Shown here in pieces: positions 1 through 7,990 of a stretch of DNA of 35,634 nucleotides. A program made the translations under genes and the position numbers. The DNA lies in the NCBI GenBank assembly GCA_903839895.1, contig CAIMDW010000027.1, positions 1 to 35,634 of the forward strand, read 5' to 3'. The DNA comes from Candidatus Staskawiczbacteria bacterium. GTDB taxonomy: Bacteria > Patescibacteriota > Minisyncoccia > Minisyncoccales > Staskawiczbacteraceae. The stretch's first letter is position 1. Each line of letters opens with the position of its first letter. The notes beneath the pieces were generated by a model. The model saw only the letters and a list, made by a program, of their open reading frames with translations. It searched no databases and had not been told where the DNA came from.

Positions 1-58
1 TATAAGATATTAATCAGCATTAGCCCTTTTAGAATTTGAAGTAATGCGGAGGTGTGCT

Positions 59-256
59 ATGAGCAAAGCTAACGATAAAAGGTTAGATGAGCTCTTTCAT
101 CTGCGAAGCAGAAAAAAACAGTTTGAAGTTAGTATTGACAGAACATCGGATTTAGATATTCGCCATGAGCTTCAAAAACGCTTAGAAGGAGTAAATGCCC
201 GCATTGTTTGGCTTGAAGAACGCACCGAAACGTACAAAGAACCGAAAATTGCTTAA
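59..256 (+). CDS. hypothetical small charged/helical protein (65 aa), family not recognised
   Basis: ORF track 44..256. I place the start at the in-frame ATG at 59 because GGAGGTG lies 6 nt upstream (gcGGAGGTGtgctATG). GC-richer than the core genes. A T-run follows the stop. Confidence 0.5.
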   Translation: MSKANDKRLDELFHLRSRKKQFEVSIDRTSDLDIRHELQKRLEGVNARIVWLEERTETYKEPKIA

Positions 257-298
257 TACCCAATGCAAATGCAAAGGGTCTTTTTTTGCTCTAAACTA

Positions 299-327
299 TT
301 GACAAGCTATACATAATATGATATAGT
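299..327 (+). promoter_or_regulatory. sigma70-like promoter, TTGACA-17 nt-TATAGT with TG at -15/-14
   Basis: TTGACA at 299..304, 17-nt spacer 305..321 ending in tga, TATAGT at 322..327. Lies about 70 nt upstream of the SD and ATG at 402. Confidence 0.55.
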
Positions 328-401
328 ATATACAGTTCTTAATACAGCTATTGGTCATATATTCATGGCCAAAGATTACCCGCAGAAGCAGGAGAAGCAC
401 C

Positions 402-1034
402 ATGTTGTGGTTCAAGAAGATGCAGAAGTATTGCTTTTTTGGCGCGATGGCAGTTGTCGCACTGGTCGCAGCATATGTGGCCGGCGTCATGACTCCGATA
501 TTCGGACCTCGCTATTATGGCGGGTTTGACTATGCCATTTTGCCGGGCGAGCTGGTCCAAGTGGTAAGAATCCAGGAGGAATTCACTAAGCCTTGGATGG
601 GCCTCACCGAAGCGAAGAGCCGTCATTGGCTCTATGTTAAAAGGCCGTATTACAAAGGGGATTTTCCCTTTATAGCCACTGACGGTGAGTTAAAGCTCAA
701 GGCTGGCGACTACGCAGTAAAAGAGGCGATAACCGGCAAGTTTTTCAAGGTTTGCTGGACCCCAAAATTCAGCTCTCAAAAAACTTCCCAAGTCGCTTCC
801 CTTAATCTGCCTATGCCTCCTCCGCCGAAGGCAACTCCTACAGATAACTTTCTTTCTCCTGAAAACAGAGAGAGAAATATCAAAGAGTTGGCTCGGACAA
901 AAACCTTTGAAGATGGGATAAAAATCATCAAATCCCACTTTCACCCGGTTCCTTATCCGGTGCCGAGCCCTACCCAAGCTCCCGAGGTTCTTTATGAAAG
1001 CACTTCGGACACGCGAGCAATTGCGAGCAAATAA
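402..1034 (+). CDS. hypothetical membrane-anchored protein with Pro-rich C-terminal half (210 aa)
   Basis: ORF track 351..1034 begins at a TTG. The ATG at 402 is preceded by AGGAGA with a 7-nt spacer. N-terminus MLWFKKMQKYCFFGAMAVVALVAAYVAGV looks like a signal anchor. About 50 percent GC by hand count (31/60 at 481-540). No family recognised. Confidence 0.6.
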   Translation: MLWFKKMQKYCFFGAMAVVALVAAYVAGVMTPIFGPRYYGGFDYAILPGELVQVVRIQEEFTKPWMGLTEAKSRHWLYVKRPYYKGDFPFIATDGELKLKAGDYAVKEAITGKFFKVCWTPKFSSQKTSQVASLNLPMPPPPKATPTDNFLSPENRERNIKELARTKTFEDGIKIIKSHFHPVPYPVPSPTQAPEVLYESTSDTRAIASK

Positions 1035-1061
1035 TTCTAGGTCTGCTATGCAGACAAAAAT

Positions 1062-1096
1062 GGCCCCAAAGCTGAAAAGCAATGGGGCCTTTAAAA
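1062..1096. terminator. bidirectional rho-independent terminator between convergent genes
   Basis: GGCCCCA (1062..1068) pairs with TGGGGCC (1083..1089). Followed by TTTAAAATACTTTTT on plus and by ATTTTTG on minus. Confidence 0.5.
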
Positions 1097-1102
1097 TACT
1101 TT

Positions 1103-3001
1103 TTATTTTATATTAGAACTGAAATAATCTAAAAGATTTCCTTTTACGATTATATTTGAGGCACGCAAATTATTCAGTTGCTGGGTATAAATATTTTGGC
1201 AGGCCGAAATTGCCAGCGCTTCTCCGTTGGGTGTTGTTTTGCAAGATCCATTTATAAAAATTCCGTCTTCGCCGGCCTCATAAGTCAAATCAGGCGACAA
1301 AATTGCGTCAATTCCGCCGGAAACAATTTCAAAATGCGTTTCAATTGGCGTTTTTGTGTTTAATAAATCCTGACCAAAAATTGTTTTTGGCGGTTTTATT
1401 CCTAAAAGATTTGCGATGGTCGGATAAACGTCAAGCTGGCTTGAAGGTTCGGAATTTATTCCTTGCAAGCCTGAATTTAAAATGATAAATGGAACCTGGC
1501 TGTTTTGCAATTCTGGCAGAATATTTTCGCCAAGAGCCGAAGAAATATTGGTGAAGCTTCCGTGGTCACCCCAAATCATAATTACCGAATTATCGTACAG
1601 GCCGTCTTTCTTTAGCCCGCTGATGAACTCGCCGATTGCTTTGTCTGTGTAATGGGCGGCCTGCAAATATTCCCATTGGGTTTCGGTCAAATTAGTTTGC
1701 GCAGGAATTTCCAGAGTCTGCAGATTTTCTGGCAGAATAAACGGCGTATGCAAACTCATTGTAATGACAGTTGCCATAAACGGCTGTTTAAAACCTTCCA
1801 ACCTGGGCAACGATTGGCTGAACAAATCTTCATCCCCCAAATCCGACGGGCCTTTGCCCACCGGCGAAGTTACAGTGTAATCGGCCAAACCAAAAGCTTT
1901 CTGGTAGCCCAACTGCGGATAAATGTTCGACCGGTTCCAAAACGTAGGCACGTCGCCATGCATGGAATAGGTTTTGTAGCCGTTATTCACTAAAAGCTGA
2001 GGCAATGCGCTGTAAGTATTTTTTGCGTAATCGATAAATGCCACATCGTTTGCCAGAGGATACAAGGAATTCATAGTGGAAAATTCTGTGTCGGCTGTAT
2101 TCCCAGGGCCAATCTGCGCATAAAAATTATTAAAATATAAGCCGTCTTTTGCCAGCTGATTTAAATTTGGCGTGATTTCTTGGCCGTTTATAGTTTTATT
2201 TATTACCGTATTTTCTAAAGATTCCACCTGTATGATTATCAAATTTTTGCTTTTTGCATTTCCAAAATATTTTGGCTTGGGTGTTTCTGCGGCTTTATTT
2301 TGAGCATAATTTTTCAAAAAGGCTTTGTCTGCATCCGAAATAAGATTTCTTCTGGAAATATATTTAAATGAATCTTCCAGGAAAAAATTCATGATTCCCA
2401 TCTTGCCCACTAATGCCTTCAAATCATAAACATCCGTGTAAAGCCTGCTGGTGCTTCCCCACTCCTTTTTTTCAGTGGATAGCAAATATTGGTAGCCAAA
2501 AAATACGATTGCGACACAAGCCAAAAAAAGGATTACTTTTTCCCACACAGGCAAAGAAAAATCAGCGAATTTTCTCCGTTTTGAAATTGTGAATACAGCC
2601 AAAACCAGCAGAAATCCCGCAAAAAACAAAAATAATTCGGGAGTCAGCAGGCTTTTTGCAGTGCCCTCTACGCTGAATGCTTGGTTTATATATCTTATAG
2701 CCGAAAATTGCAGGAAACTTTGCGAATACCTGTAATAAAGAAACTGGGCGGAAAAAAGCGCAGAAACCAAGAATGAAATTATAAAAAGGTAAATGTATGA
2801 ATATTTTCTTTTGAAAAGCAAAGCCGGCCCGTAAAAAACAATTCCCAGAGCCAAGGTCACCCAGAACAGCCTAGCTGAATAGTCGCTTGAAAAAATCTTC
2901 AGCCAAATGTTGAACACGAAATTTTGCGCAACAAATAAAAAAATCAGGGTTAAGGGCAACCCTAAGGTTTTTGCGTAAAGAATTATTTTTTCTTTAGACA
3001 T
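1103..3001 (-). CDS. LTA synthase-family sulfatase/phosphoglycerol transferase-like membrane protein
   Basis: 632 aa. About five N-terminal hydrophobic segments, then a sulfatase-type domain (IIIQVESLEN, MHGDVPTFWNR, IWGDHGS), the architecture of LtaS/MdoB-family enzymes. Confidence 0.8.
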   Translation of the reverse strand: MSKEKIILYAKTLGLPLTLIFLFVAQNFVFNIWLKIFSSDYSARLFWVTLALGIVFYGPALLFKRKYSYIYLFIISFLVSALFSAQFLYYRYSQSFLQFSAIRYINQAFSVEGTAKSLLTPELFLFFAGFLLVLAVFTISKRRKFADFSLPVWEKVILFLACVAIVFFGYQYLLSTEKKEWGSTSRLYTDVYDLKALVGKMGIMNFFLEDSFKYISRRNLISDADKAFLKNYAQNKAAETPKPKYFGNAKSKNLIIIQVESLENTVINKTINGQEITPNLNQLAKDGLYFNNFYAQIGPGNTADTEFSTMNSLYPLANDVAFIDYAKNTYSALPQLLVNNGYKTYSMHGDVPTFWNRSNIYPQLGYQKAFGLADYTVTSPVGKGPSDLGDEDLFSQSLPRLEGFKQPFMATVITMSLHTPFILPENLQTLEIPAQTNLTETQWEYLQAAHYTDKAIGEFISGLKKDGLYDNSVIMIWGDHGSFTNISSALGENILPELQNSQVPFIILNSGLQGINSEPSSQLDVYPTIANLLGIKPPKTIFGQDLLNTKTPIETHFEIVSGGIDAILSPDLTYEAGEDGIFINGSCKTTPNGEALAISACQNIYTQQLNNLRASNIIVKGNLLDYFSSNIK

Positions 3002-3665
3002 TTGGCGAAATTGCGCGAGTTTCGCCCGGCTTTAAAATTCCGAGCTTTATATCCCCTATACGTACGCGCTTCAATGAATTGATTGTTAAATTCATTTCAC
3101 TAAGCATAACCCTTATTTGGTGGTGCTTGCCTTCATTTAAAATTATGCGCAGCTTTTTATCGCCCGCAAGCTGAGTTTTGGCCGGCAATAATTTCCCCAG
3201 GGCTTCTGTCTCCATCCCCTGCTGAAAAATTCTGACAATGCCTTCGTGAATCGGCTCTTTTACAGTTGCTAAATATTCTTTTTCCCATTTTTTATCTGCC
3301 GACAAAACTTTTCTGGCAAACCTGCCGTCATTTGTAAGCAATAAAAGCCCTTCAGAACTTTTGTCGAGCCTTCCAATTGGATAAATTCCTTGTTTGCGCC
3401 AGTCTGTAATTACAGATCTCTGCCCCGGCAAATCTTGCGTGGGCAAATCTCTTGGCTTGTAGTAAGCCAAATATTTGTATTCTTTGGGAATTAAGCCTTT
3501 GGGTTGTCGCACAATAACTTTGTCTTTTTCAGTTACCAATAATCCGTTTTCAGCCCTTTTCCCGTTCACAAAAACCAGCCCGGCAGCCACCAGCCTGTCA
3601 GCCTCCCTGCGCGAAGCCAAATCCATATCCCGCAAATATTTGTTGATTCGTATAGGATAAATCAT
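2994..3665 (-). CDS. pseudouridine synthase, RsuA/RluB/RluF family (S4 domain plus catalytic GRLD)
   Basis: S4-like N-terminus RINKYLRDMDLASRREADRLVAAGLVFVNG and catalytic motif GRLDKSSEGLLLLTNDG. Start set at the ATG at 3665 (MIYPIRINKYL). The longer track ORF to 3797 runs through a terminator into the upstream gene. Overlaps the LtaS-like start by 8 nt. Confidence 0.85.
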   Translation of the reverse strand: MIYPIRINKYLRDMDLASRREADRLVAAGLVFVNGKRAENGLLVTEKDKVIVRQPKGLIPKEYKYLAYYKPRDLPTQDLPGQRSVITDWRKQGIYPIGRLDKSSEGLLLLTNDGRFARKVLSADKKWEKEYLATVKEPIHEGIVRIFQQGMETEALGKLLPAKTQLAGDKKLRIILNEGKHHQIRVMLSEMNLTINSLKRVRIGDIKLGILKPGETRAISPNV

Positions 3666-3689
3666 TAAATTATAATACCAGAAAAACCG

Positions 3690-3721
3690 CAAAAAAAGAA
3701 GGCTAGAACTAATTTCTAACC
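3690..3721 (-). terminator. rho-independent terminator after the purH-like gene
   Basis: Minus strand reads GGTTAGAA-atta-gTTCTAGCC followed by TTCTTTTTTTG. Confidence 0.55.
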
Positions 3722-3727
3722 TATTTA

Positions 3728-4771
3728 TTAATGCCCGAAAAATCCTCGGGCCTTGGAATCTGGCAATTGGTAAAGCGTGACGCCCCTGTCGATGCATAAT
3801 TGCTGGACCAATCCGTCGTTGATGCTGCCCGAAGTGCTGAAAATGGCTTTGATTCCATGGCGGATAAGAACATCCACGGCATCGGTAAATGGGAAAAACG
3901 AGTCGCTGTATGCAACAGCTCCGTCAAGCTTAAGGATATGCCCGGCATCGCAGGCTCTTTTAACTGCTAGTTCAGCAGCGCCAACGCGGTCTTGCTGGCC
4001 AACTCCATTGCCAATCAGCATGCCGTCGTTGACAAGAGTAATTGTGTTGCTGTTGGATGTGCACCCAATTGCCCAAGCCAGCAATAAATCTTTTTCATCG
4101 CTTTTGCACCTTTTGCCGAAAACCTGCATTTCATGATCTTTGAAATCTAAAATGTAGGTGTAATTTGGCTGAGCTAGGAATCCTCCGCGAACATAACGGA
4201 ATCGCGAGGCATTATCCAGCACATCCGAACATGAATAAAGATTTTGATTTTCCATTAATCGGCATTTCCCTTTTGCGCGGGAAAGTATTTTGACCGATTC
4301 TTCCATAAATTTCGGGGCAATGACGCCGTCAAACATTGTTTTTCCGTTGGGCATAACGTCTGCCATAATGCCGGCGAGTGCCTCGGTCATTGGGAAGTTA
4401 ATCATAACAAGCCCGCCAAAAATCGCGCGCTTATCTCCTTGAACCATTTTTTGGGCCGTGGTGCATGGCTGGTCATAACTGACCGCCGCGCCACACGGAT
4501 TGCCATGTTTACCACCGATGGCGATGAATGGAGCTTTGCCGTAATTCAGCTTCCAGGCCGCCGATATGTGCGTCATGGTCTGCAGAAGTCGGTCCACATC
4601 GCACCAGTTGTTGTAGCTGGGCTCGGACCCTTCGATGACTTTGAATTTGTGGAGCGCCAACGGATCATCTGTGCCGCGGCCGTAGAGCGCAGCCGGGCTT
4701 TGCGGACCGTTTTCGCCCTTAAATTCGCAAGTCTTAATTCCCGCAATCTCCCTTGTTTCCAAGCTCATCAT
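3728..4771 (-). CDS. purH: AICAR formyltransferase, the C-terminal half of PurH only; no IMP cyclohydrolase/MGS domain
   Basis: 347 aa. GGKHGNPCGAA matches the PurH KHxNPCG motif, and the C-terminal ...SKARGFFGH matches the PurH ...RHFRH end. Length fits the AICARFT domain alone. SD AAGAGGT lies upstream of a tandem ATG ATG, so the start may be 4768. About 53 percent GC in the sampled line. Confidence 0.85.
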   Translation of the reverse strand: MMSLETREIAGIKTCEFKGENGPQSPAALYGRGTDDPLALHKFKVIEGSEPSYNNWCDVDRLLQTMTHISAAWKLNYGKAPFIAIGGKHGNPCGAAVSYDQPCTTAQKMVQGDKRAIFGGLVMINFPMTEALAGIMADVMPNGKTMFDGVIAPKFMEESVKILSRAKGKCRLMENQNLYSCSDVLDNASRFRYVRGGFLAQPNYTYILDFKDHEMQVFGKRCKSDEKDLLLAWAIGCTSNSNTITLVNDGMLIGNGVGQQDRVGAAELAVKRACDAGHILKLDGAVAYSDSFFPFTDAVDVLIRHGIKAIFSTSGSINDGLVQQLCIDRGVTLYQLPDSKARGFFGH

Positions 4772-4855
4772 TTACCTCTTTCATTATAAATTTTGCGTCT
4801 ATTTTCAACGAGCACGCGTAAACATACCTTAACAAAAATATTAATTTAGTCAAAT

Positions 4856-4897
4856 AAAAACCCTCCAGAAGTCTCTCGTTTCTTCTGAAGGGTTTTT
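4856..4897 (-). terminator. rho-independent terminator, structurally bidirectional
   Basis: CCCTCCAGAAG (4861..4871) pairs with CTTCTGAAGGG (4882..4892) with one mismatch. Flanked by AAAAA on one side and TTTTT on the other. Separates 4922..5677 from the purH-like gene. Confidence 0.7.
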
Positions 4898-4921
4898 ACC
4901 GACGTTATTTTATTTTCAAAA

Positions 4922-5677
4922 TTAGAATCCGAACAGGTGTTTGAAGAAGCTTCCAATACCATGCATCATTCCGCCGAATCCACCTTGCGGCTTTGTTTTG
5001 TTTTCTGCATTATCTCCTGTTCCGGCAGGCTTTGCTTTCTGGTCAATCACCGACGAAGCCGTTACTGCATTTCCATTTATTATTCCTTGCACAACAACGC
5101 TGTCTCCTACTGCCACATTCGAAATTGTGGGATTTACAACGCCGTTTACTGCAAATTTTGCATTTGTGGCGTCAATTGTATAAGTGACATTGCTGGCGTT
5201 GGTAATTGTAATTGAGCTTCCGCTGAGTGCAGTAACCTTTCCTGCCACAATCGGCTGGCCGTTACCCTGTATTTGCGAAAGATCTTGTTTTTCCAAACCT
5301 GGCCTGACCCCGTCCCTAATGGCTGTTGCCACAATATTTGTCCCGGTGATTGTTCCTTGGACCATTATTGTATCCCCAACCGCAATTGCTGAAATTGCTG
5401 ATGTCGCGCCATTTTTTGCCACAGTTGCTTTTGATGCGTCAACCGTATAAATTGTCGTAGTTTGCGTTCCCGCAGAGCCTTCTGACTTCATTTTATTCTT
5501 GCTTGTTACCGTAATTGTCGTTCCGCTTACTGCTGAAACCATTCCCACAATACCCGGTTTGCCCATCATCCCTCTATTAAAGCCAGAATTTCCTTGAGCA
5601 AAAATTGGAGCCGCAAATGCAAACCCTCCTACTATTACTGCCGCCATCATAAACGAAATAATTTTTTTGTTTTGCAT
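4922..5677 (-). CDS. secreted protein with two internal beta-rich repeats of about 75 aa (DUF5666-like) and a Gly/Met-rich tail
   Basis: Start set at the ATG at 5677 (MQNKKIISFMMAAVIVGGFAFAAPIFAQG, a signal peptide). This removes the overlap with the exonuclease gene. Repeats: ...TIYTVDASKATVAKNG...AVGDTIMVQGTITG... and ...VTYTIDATNAKFAVNG...AVGDSVVVQGIING... Confidence 0.7.
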   Translation of the reverse strand: MQNKKIISFMMAAVIVGGFAFAAPIFAQGNSGFNRGMMGKPGIVGMVSAVSGTTITVTSKNKMKSEGSAGTQTTTIYTVDASKATVAKNGATSAISAIAVGDTIMVQGTITGTNIVATAIRDGVRPGLEKQDLSQIQGNGQPIVAGKVTALSGSSITITNASNVTYTIDATNAKFAVNGVVNPTISNVAVGDSVVVQGIINGNAVTASSVIDQKAKPAGTGDNAENKTKPQGGFGGMMHGIGSFFKHLFGF

Positions 5678-5757
5678 GTATTGGTTTTTAATTTTATTTA
5701 CATTAACCAATACGCGGCCATTGGCGCACTCGGTGCATTTTAGGTCCGTTTTCACCC

Positions 5758-6339
5758 TTAAATTCCAAATTTCTTCAATTCCCAAAAACATTTTGCTGTA
5801 GCTTCTGCATCGGCTAATGCGTTGTGAGAGCCCTCGAATCCGCAGCCGAATAATTTCATATGGAGCTCTGAAAGCTTAGGCCACTTATAACCTCCGTAGC
5901 CATTAGTGGCAGGTATTGCGCAAAAATTTGTGGACATGTCTTTCGTACAAATTTTATTTTTTCTGGCTAGGCAGGTTTGGATGCCTTTTCTGATGAATTC
6001 TGCTCCGACTACCATTTCGTCAAAGCTGATATTATGGGCAACAAGAAAATCTGACTCTGCAGCAAAACTTTCAAATTTATCCAATGCTTCCTCCAACGGA
6101 ATCCCCTCTTTTTCAGCTTGCTCGGTTGTAATTCCGTGTATGTTGGAAGCCTCAATGGGTATCTTAAAATTTTCGGGCTTGATTATCATATCTGAACTGC
6201 TGATGCAGGCGCCATTTTTATAAAATACCCAGGCAATCTGGACTAATCTTGGCCAATTTTCCAAATCACTTATCGGGGCGCGCCAGTTGCGTGGCAATCC
6301 GGTGGTTTCCGTATCAAAAAATAAATATGCTTTGTCCAT
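5758..6339 (-). CDS. DnaQ-like 3'-5' exonuclease (DEDDh, DNA polymerase III epsilon family)
   Basis: Exo I FFDTETTG, Exo II LVAHNISFDEMV, Exo III HNALADAEATAKCF. Confidence 0.85.
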   Translation of the reverse strand: MDKAYLFFDTETTGLPRNWRAPISDLENWPRLVQIAWVFYKNGACISSSDMIIKPENFKIPIEASNIHGITTEQAEKEGIPLEEALDKFESFAAESDFLVAHNISFDEMVVGAEFIRKGIQTCLARKNKICTKDMSTNFCAIPATNGYGGYKWPKLSELHMKLFGCGFEGSHNALADAEATAKCFWELKKFGI

Positions 6340-6351
6340 ATATGTGGCGTT

Positions 6352-6927
6352 CTATAAAAAACTCGCAATTATGTTTGATAATTCATCTTTCCCTTCGTCT
6401 GTTTTTGCCGAATATTCTAAAATTTGAAGGCCCTGCGCTTCTTGGATTATTGAGGAAATTTTTTCGGCCCTTTTGGCTTTTGCCAGCTTGTCGGCTTTAT
6501 TGGCAATTATAATAATCTTATGATTATTCTTTTTGACTATTTGGAGCATTTCCCAGTCCAATTTGGTCAATCCGACATTAGCATCAATAACTAAAAAGAC
6601 CGCTTTAGGCCTTATGTTTGAGAATTCTAAATACCAGAAAATCCTTTTAACCATCCGGTTGCGGTCTGCTATGGAACGCCTGGCGTATCCGTATCCAGGA
6701 AAATCAACAAGATAAAAAGAATCATTCATCCTGAAAAAATTCGCCTCAAGCGTTTTTCCGGGAACCTTGCTGGATTTTACAAAGTTTTTTTTGCCGGTCA
6801 GAGAATTAATCACGCTGGATTTGCCAGAATTTGACCGCCCTAAAAAAGCAATCTGGGGAAAACCATCTCCCGTACTATAATCATTCCCGATAACTCCTCT
6901 GGCAAACTCTGTCTTCAATATTTTCAT
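6352..6927 (-). CDS. engB: ribosome biogenesis GTPase EngB/YsxC/YihA
   Basis: G1 GRSNSGKSS, G3 DFPGYGYA, G4 NKADK. The spacing of the N-terminus to G1 is typical of EngB. Confidence 0.9.
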   Translation of the reverse strand: MKILKTEFARGVIGNDYSTGDGFPQIAFLGRSNSGKSSVINSLTGKKNFVKSSKVPGKTLEANFFRMNDSFYLVDFPGYGYARRSIADRNRMVKRIFWYLEFSNIRPKAVFLVIDANVGLTKLDWEMLQIVKKNNHKIIIIANKADKLAKAKRAEKISSIIQEAQGLQILEYSAKTDEGKDELSNIIASFL

Positions 6928-6929
6928 TG

Positions 6930-7000
6930 CTGCGGGACTTGGACTCGAACCAAGATACCAGCCTTCAAAGGGCTGTGTCCTACCTTTAGACGATCCCGCA
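6930..7000 (-). tRNA. tRNA-Gln (anticodon UUG)
   Basis: Hand-folded cloverleaf on the minus strand: acceptor UGCGGGA/UCCCGCA, D arm GUCU-AAAGGUA-GGAC, anticodon arm CAGCC-CUUUGAA-GGCUG, variable GUAU, T arm CUUGG-UUCGAGU-CCAAG, discriminator G. 71 nt; CCA is not encoded. U1:A72 is typical of bacterial tRNA-Gln. Confidence 0.9.
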
Positions 7001-7012
7001 AAATATTATATT

Positions 7013-7041
7013 ATAATATCATTTTTCTGAAGTTTTTTCAA
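7013..7041 (-). promoter_or_regulatory. candidate promoter for tRNA-Gln/engB, TTGAAA-17 nt-TATTAT
   Basis: On the minus strand, TTGAAA (7041..7036), a 17-nt spacer, then TATTAT (7018..7013), 12 nt upstream of the tRNA 5' end. The -35 lies inside the 3' end of the capA-like gene. Confidence 0.35.
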
Positions 7042-7990
7042 CCGTTTGGCCATTGGCTTCCAAATGGAAATATTTATCGGCGAATTCCATTTGCTTTGTT
7101 TTTTTGTTTATTTTTACCTCGACTCCCAATCCATTTTGCACACCTTGGTTGAAGCGCTGGTCAAAAATGAAGTTTCCCAGCGAATAATAAATTTTCTTTC
7201 CATTATATATTTCAGTCGTTTCAATTACGTGCGGATGCGAGCCGATAATCAGGTCAGAGCCCGCATCTATGAGTTCATGCGCCAAATTGCGCTGAGGATC
7301 TATTGGCTGGGTCGAAAATTCCTTTCCCCAATGGCAATAAACAACCACAATATCAGCATATTGCCGCACTTGCTTTGTTTTGGCAAGAGTTAAATTTTGC
7401 TCTATTTCATCGGCCTTGCTGTCTGCGTATTTATTATAGCTGACAAATGCAATTTTTAATCCGCCTATTTCTTTAATTATGCTCCGATTGTTTCCGCCAA
7501 AAAAATTGACTTGGGATGCAGACAAATATTTTTCAGTGGATTCTAGGCCTGCTTGCTTAAAGTTCAGGGCATGGTTATTGCCCAAATCAACCAGCCTTAT
7601 ATTTTGTTTGTAAAGAGTGCCCGCGAGGCTGGGATCAAATGTAAAAGTTATGTATTTGGGATCAGATTCGGCAGCTCCCACGCTGACCGACGGATTGTCA
7701 GTAAGCGGACCCTCCAAATTTGCCACTGCCAAATCTTCTTGAGCAAGCAGCGGAGAAATTTTTTCAAAGATAAAATCATTTCCATTTGCTTTGGCCGCTT
7801 GCCTTATGGTCCGGTCAAACATCATATCTCCCGCAAAAAGTATTTTTACGTATGAATTTTCAGCAGGAATTTGCAATATTAGCGGAAGCTTTTTTGGAAA
7901 AAACAAAAAACAAACAGCTGCTGCAAGCGCAACAGCTGTTAAAATTGCAAAATAAATCTTTATTTGCAGGCGGTTTTGTATGTAAGGCAT
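7019..7990 (-). CDS. CapA/PGA_cap-family metallophosphoesterase-like membrane-anchored protein
   Basis: N-terminal TM, then motifs FAGDMMFDR, VANLEGPLT, DLGNNHALNF, HWGKEF, GSHPHV, characteristic of the CapA family. Confidence 0.8.
   Translation of the reverse strand: MPYIQNRLQIKIYFAILTAVALAAAVCFLFFPKKLPLILQIPAENSYVKILFAGDMMFDRTIRQAAKANGNDFIFEKISPLLAQEDLAVANLEGPLTDNPSVSVGAAESDPKYITFTFDPSLAGTLYKQNIRLVDLGNNHALNFKQAGLESTEKYLSASQVNFFGGNNRSIIKEIGGLKIAFVSYNKYADSKADEIEQNLTLAKTKQVRQYADIVVVYCHWGKEFSTQPIDPQRNLAHELIDAGSDLIIGSHPHVIETTEIYNGKKIYYSLGNFIFDQRFNQGVQNGLGVEVKINKKTKQMEFADKYFHLEANGQTVEKTSEK

Noticed and set aside
363-1082. Antisense ORFs 363..626 and 690..1082
   Set aside because: They are open frames typical of locally GC-rich coding DNA. 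The plus-strand ORF has the promoter, SD and signal-anchor features.
3666-3797. N-terminal 44-codon extension of the pseudouridine synthase ORF (track 2994..3797)
   Set aside because: The extension runs through a terminator hairpin and into the 3' end of the purH-like gene. The S4 domain begins right after the internal ATG at 3665.
4772-4856. Possible ZTP (pfl) riboswitch upstream of the purH-like gene
   Set aside because: The leader is under 90 nt and lacks the conserved GGGUCGUGAC...CCGGGC...CCGCCUGGGC elements. Only promoter-like hexamers and an SD are present.
4937-5450. Cluster of four plus-strand ORFs and one extra minus-strand ORF of 60-92 aa overlapping gene 4922..5677
   Set aside because: The real gene encodes a T/V/G/A/N-rich repeat protein whose codons rarely make stops in other frames. 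The shadow ORFs have no start signals and low-complexity translations.
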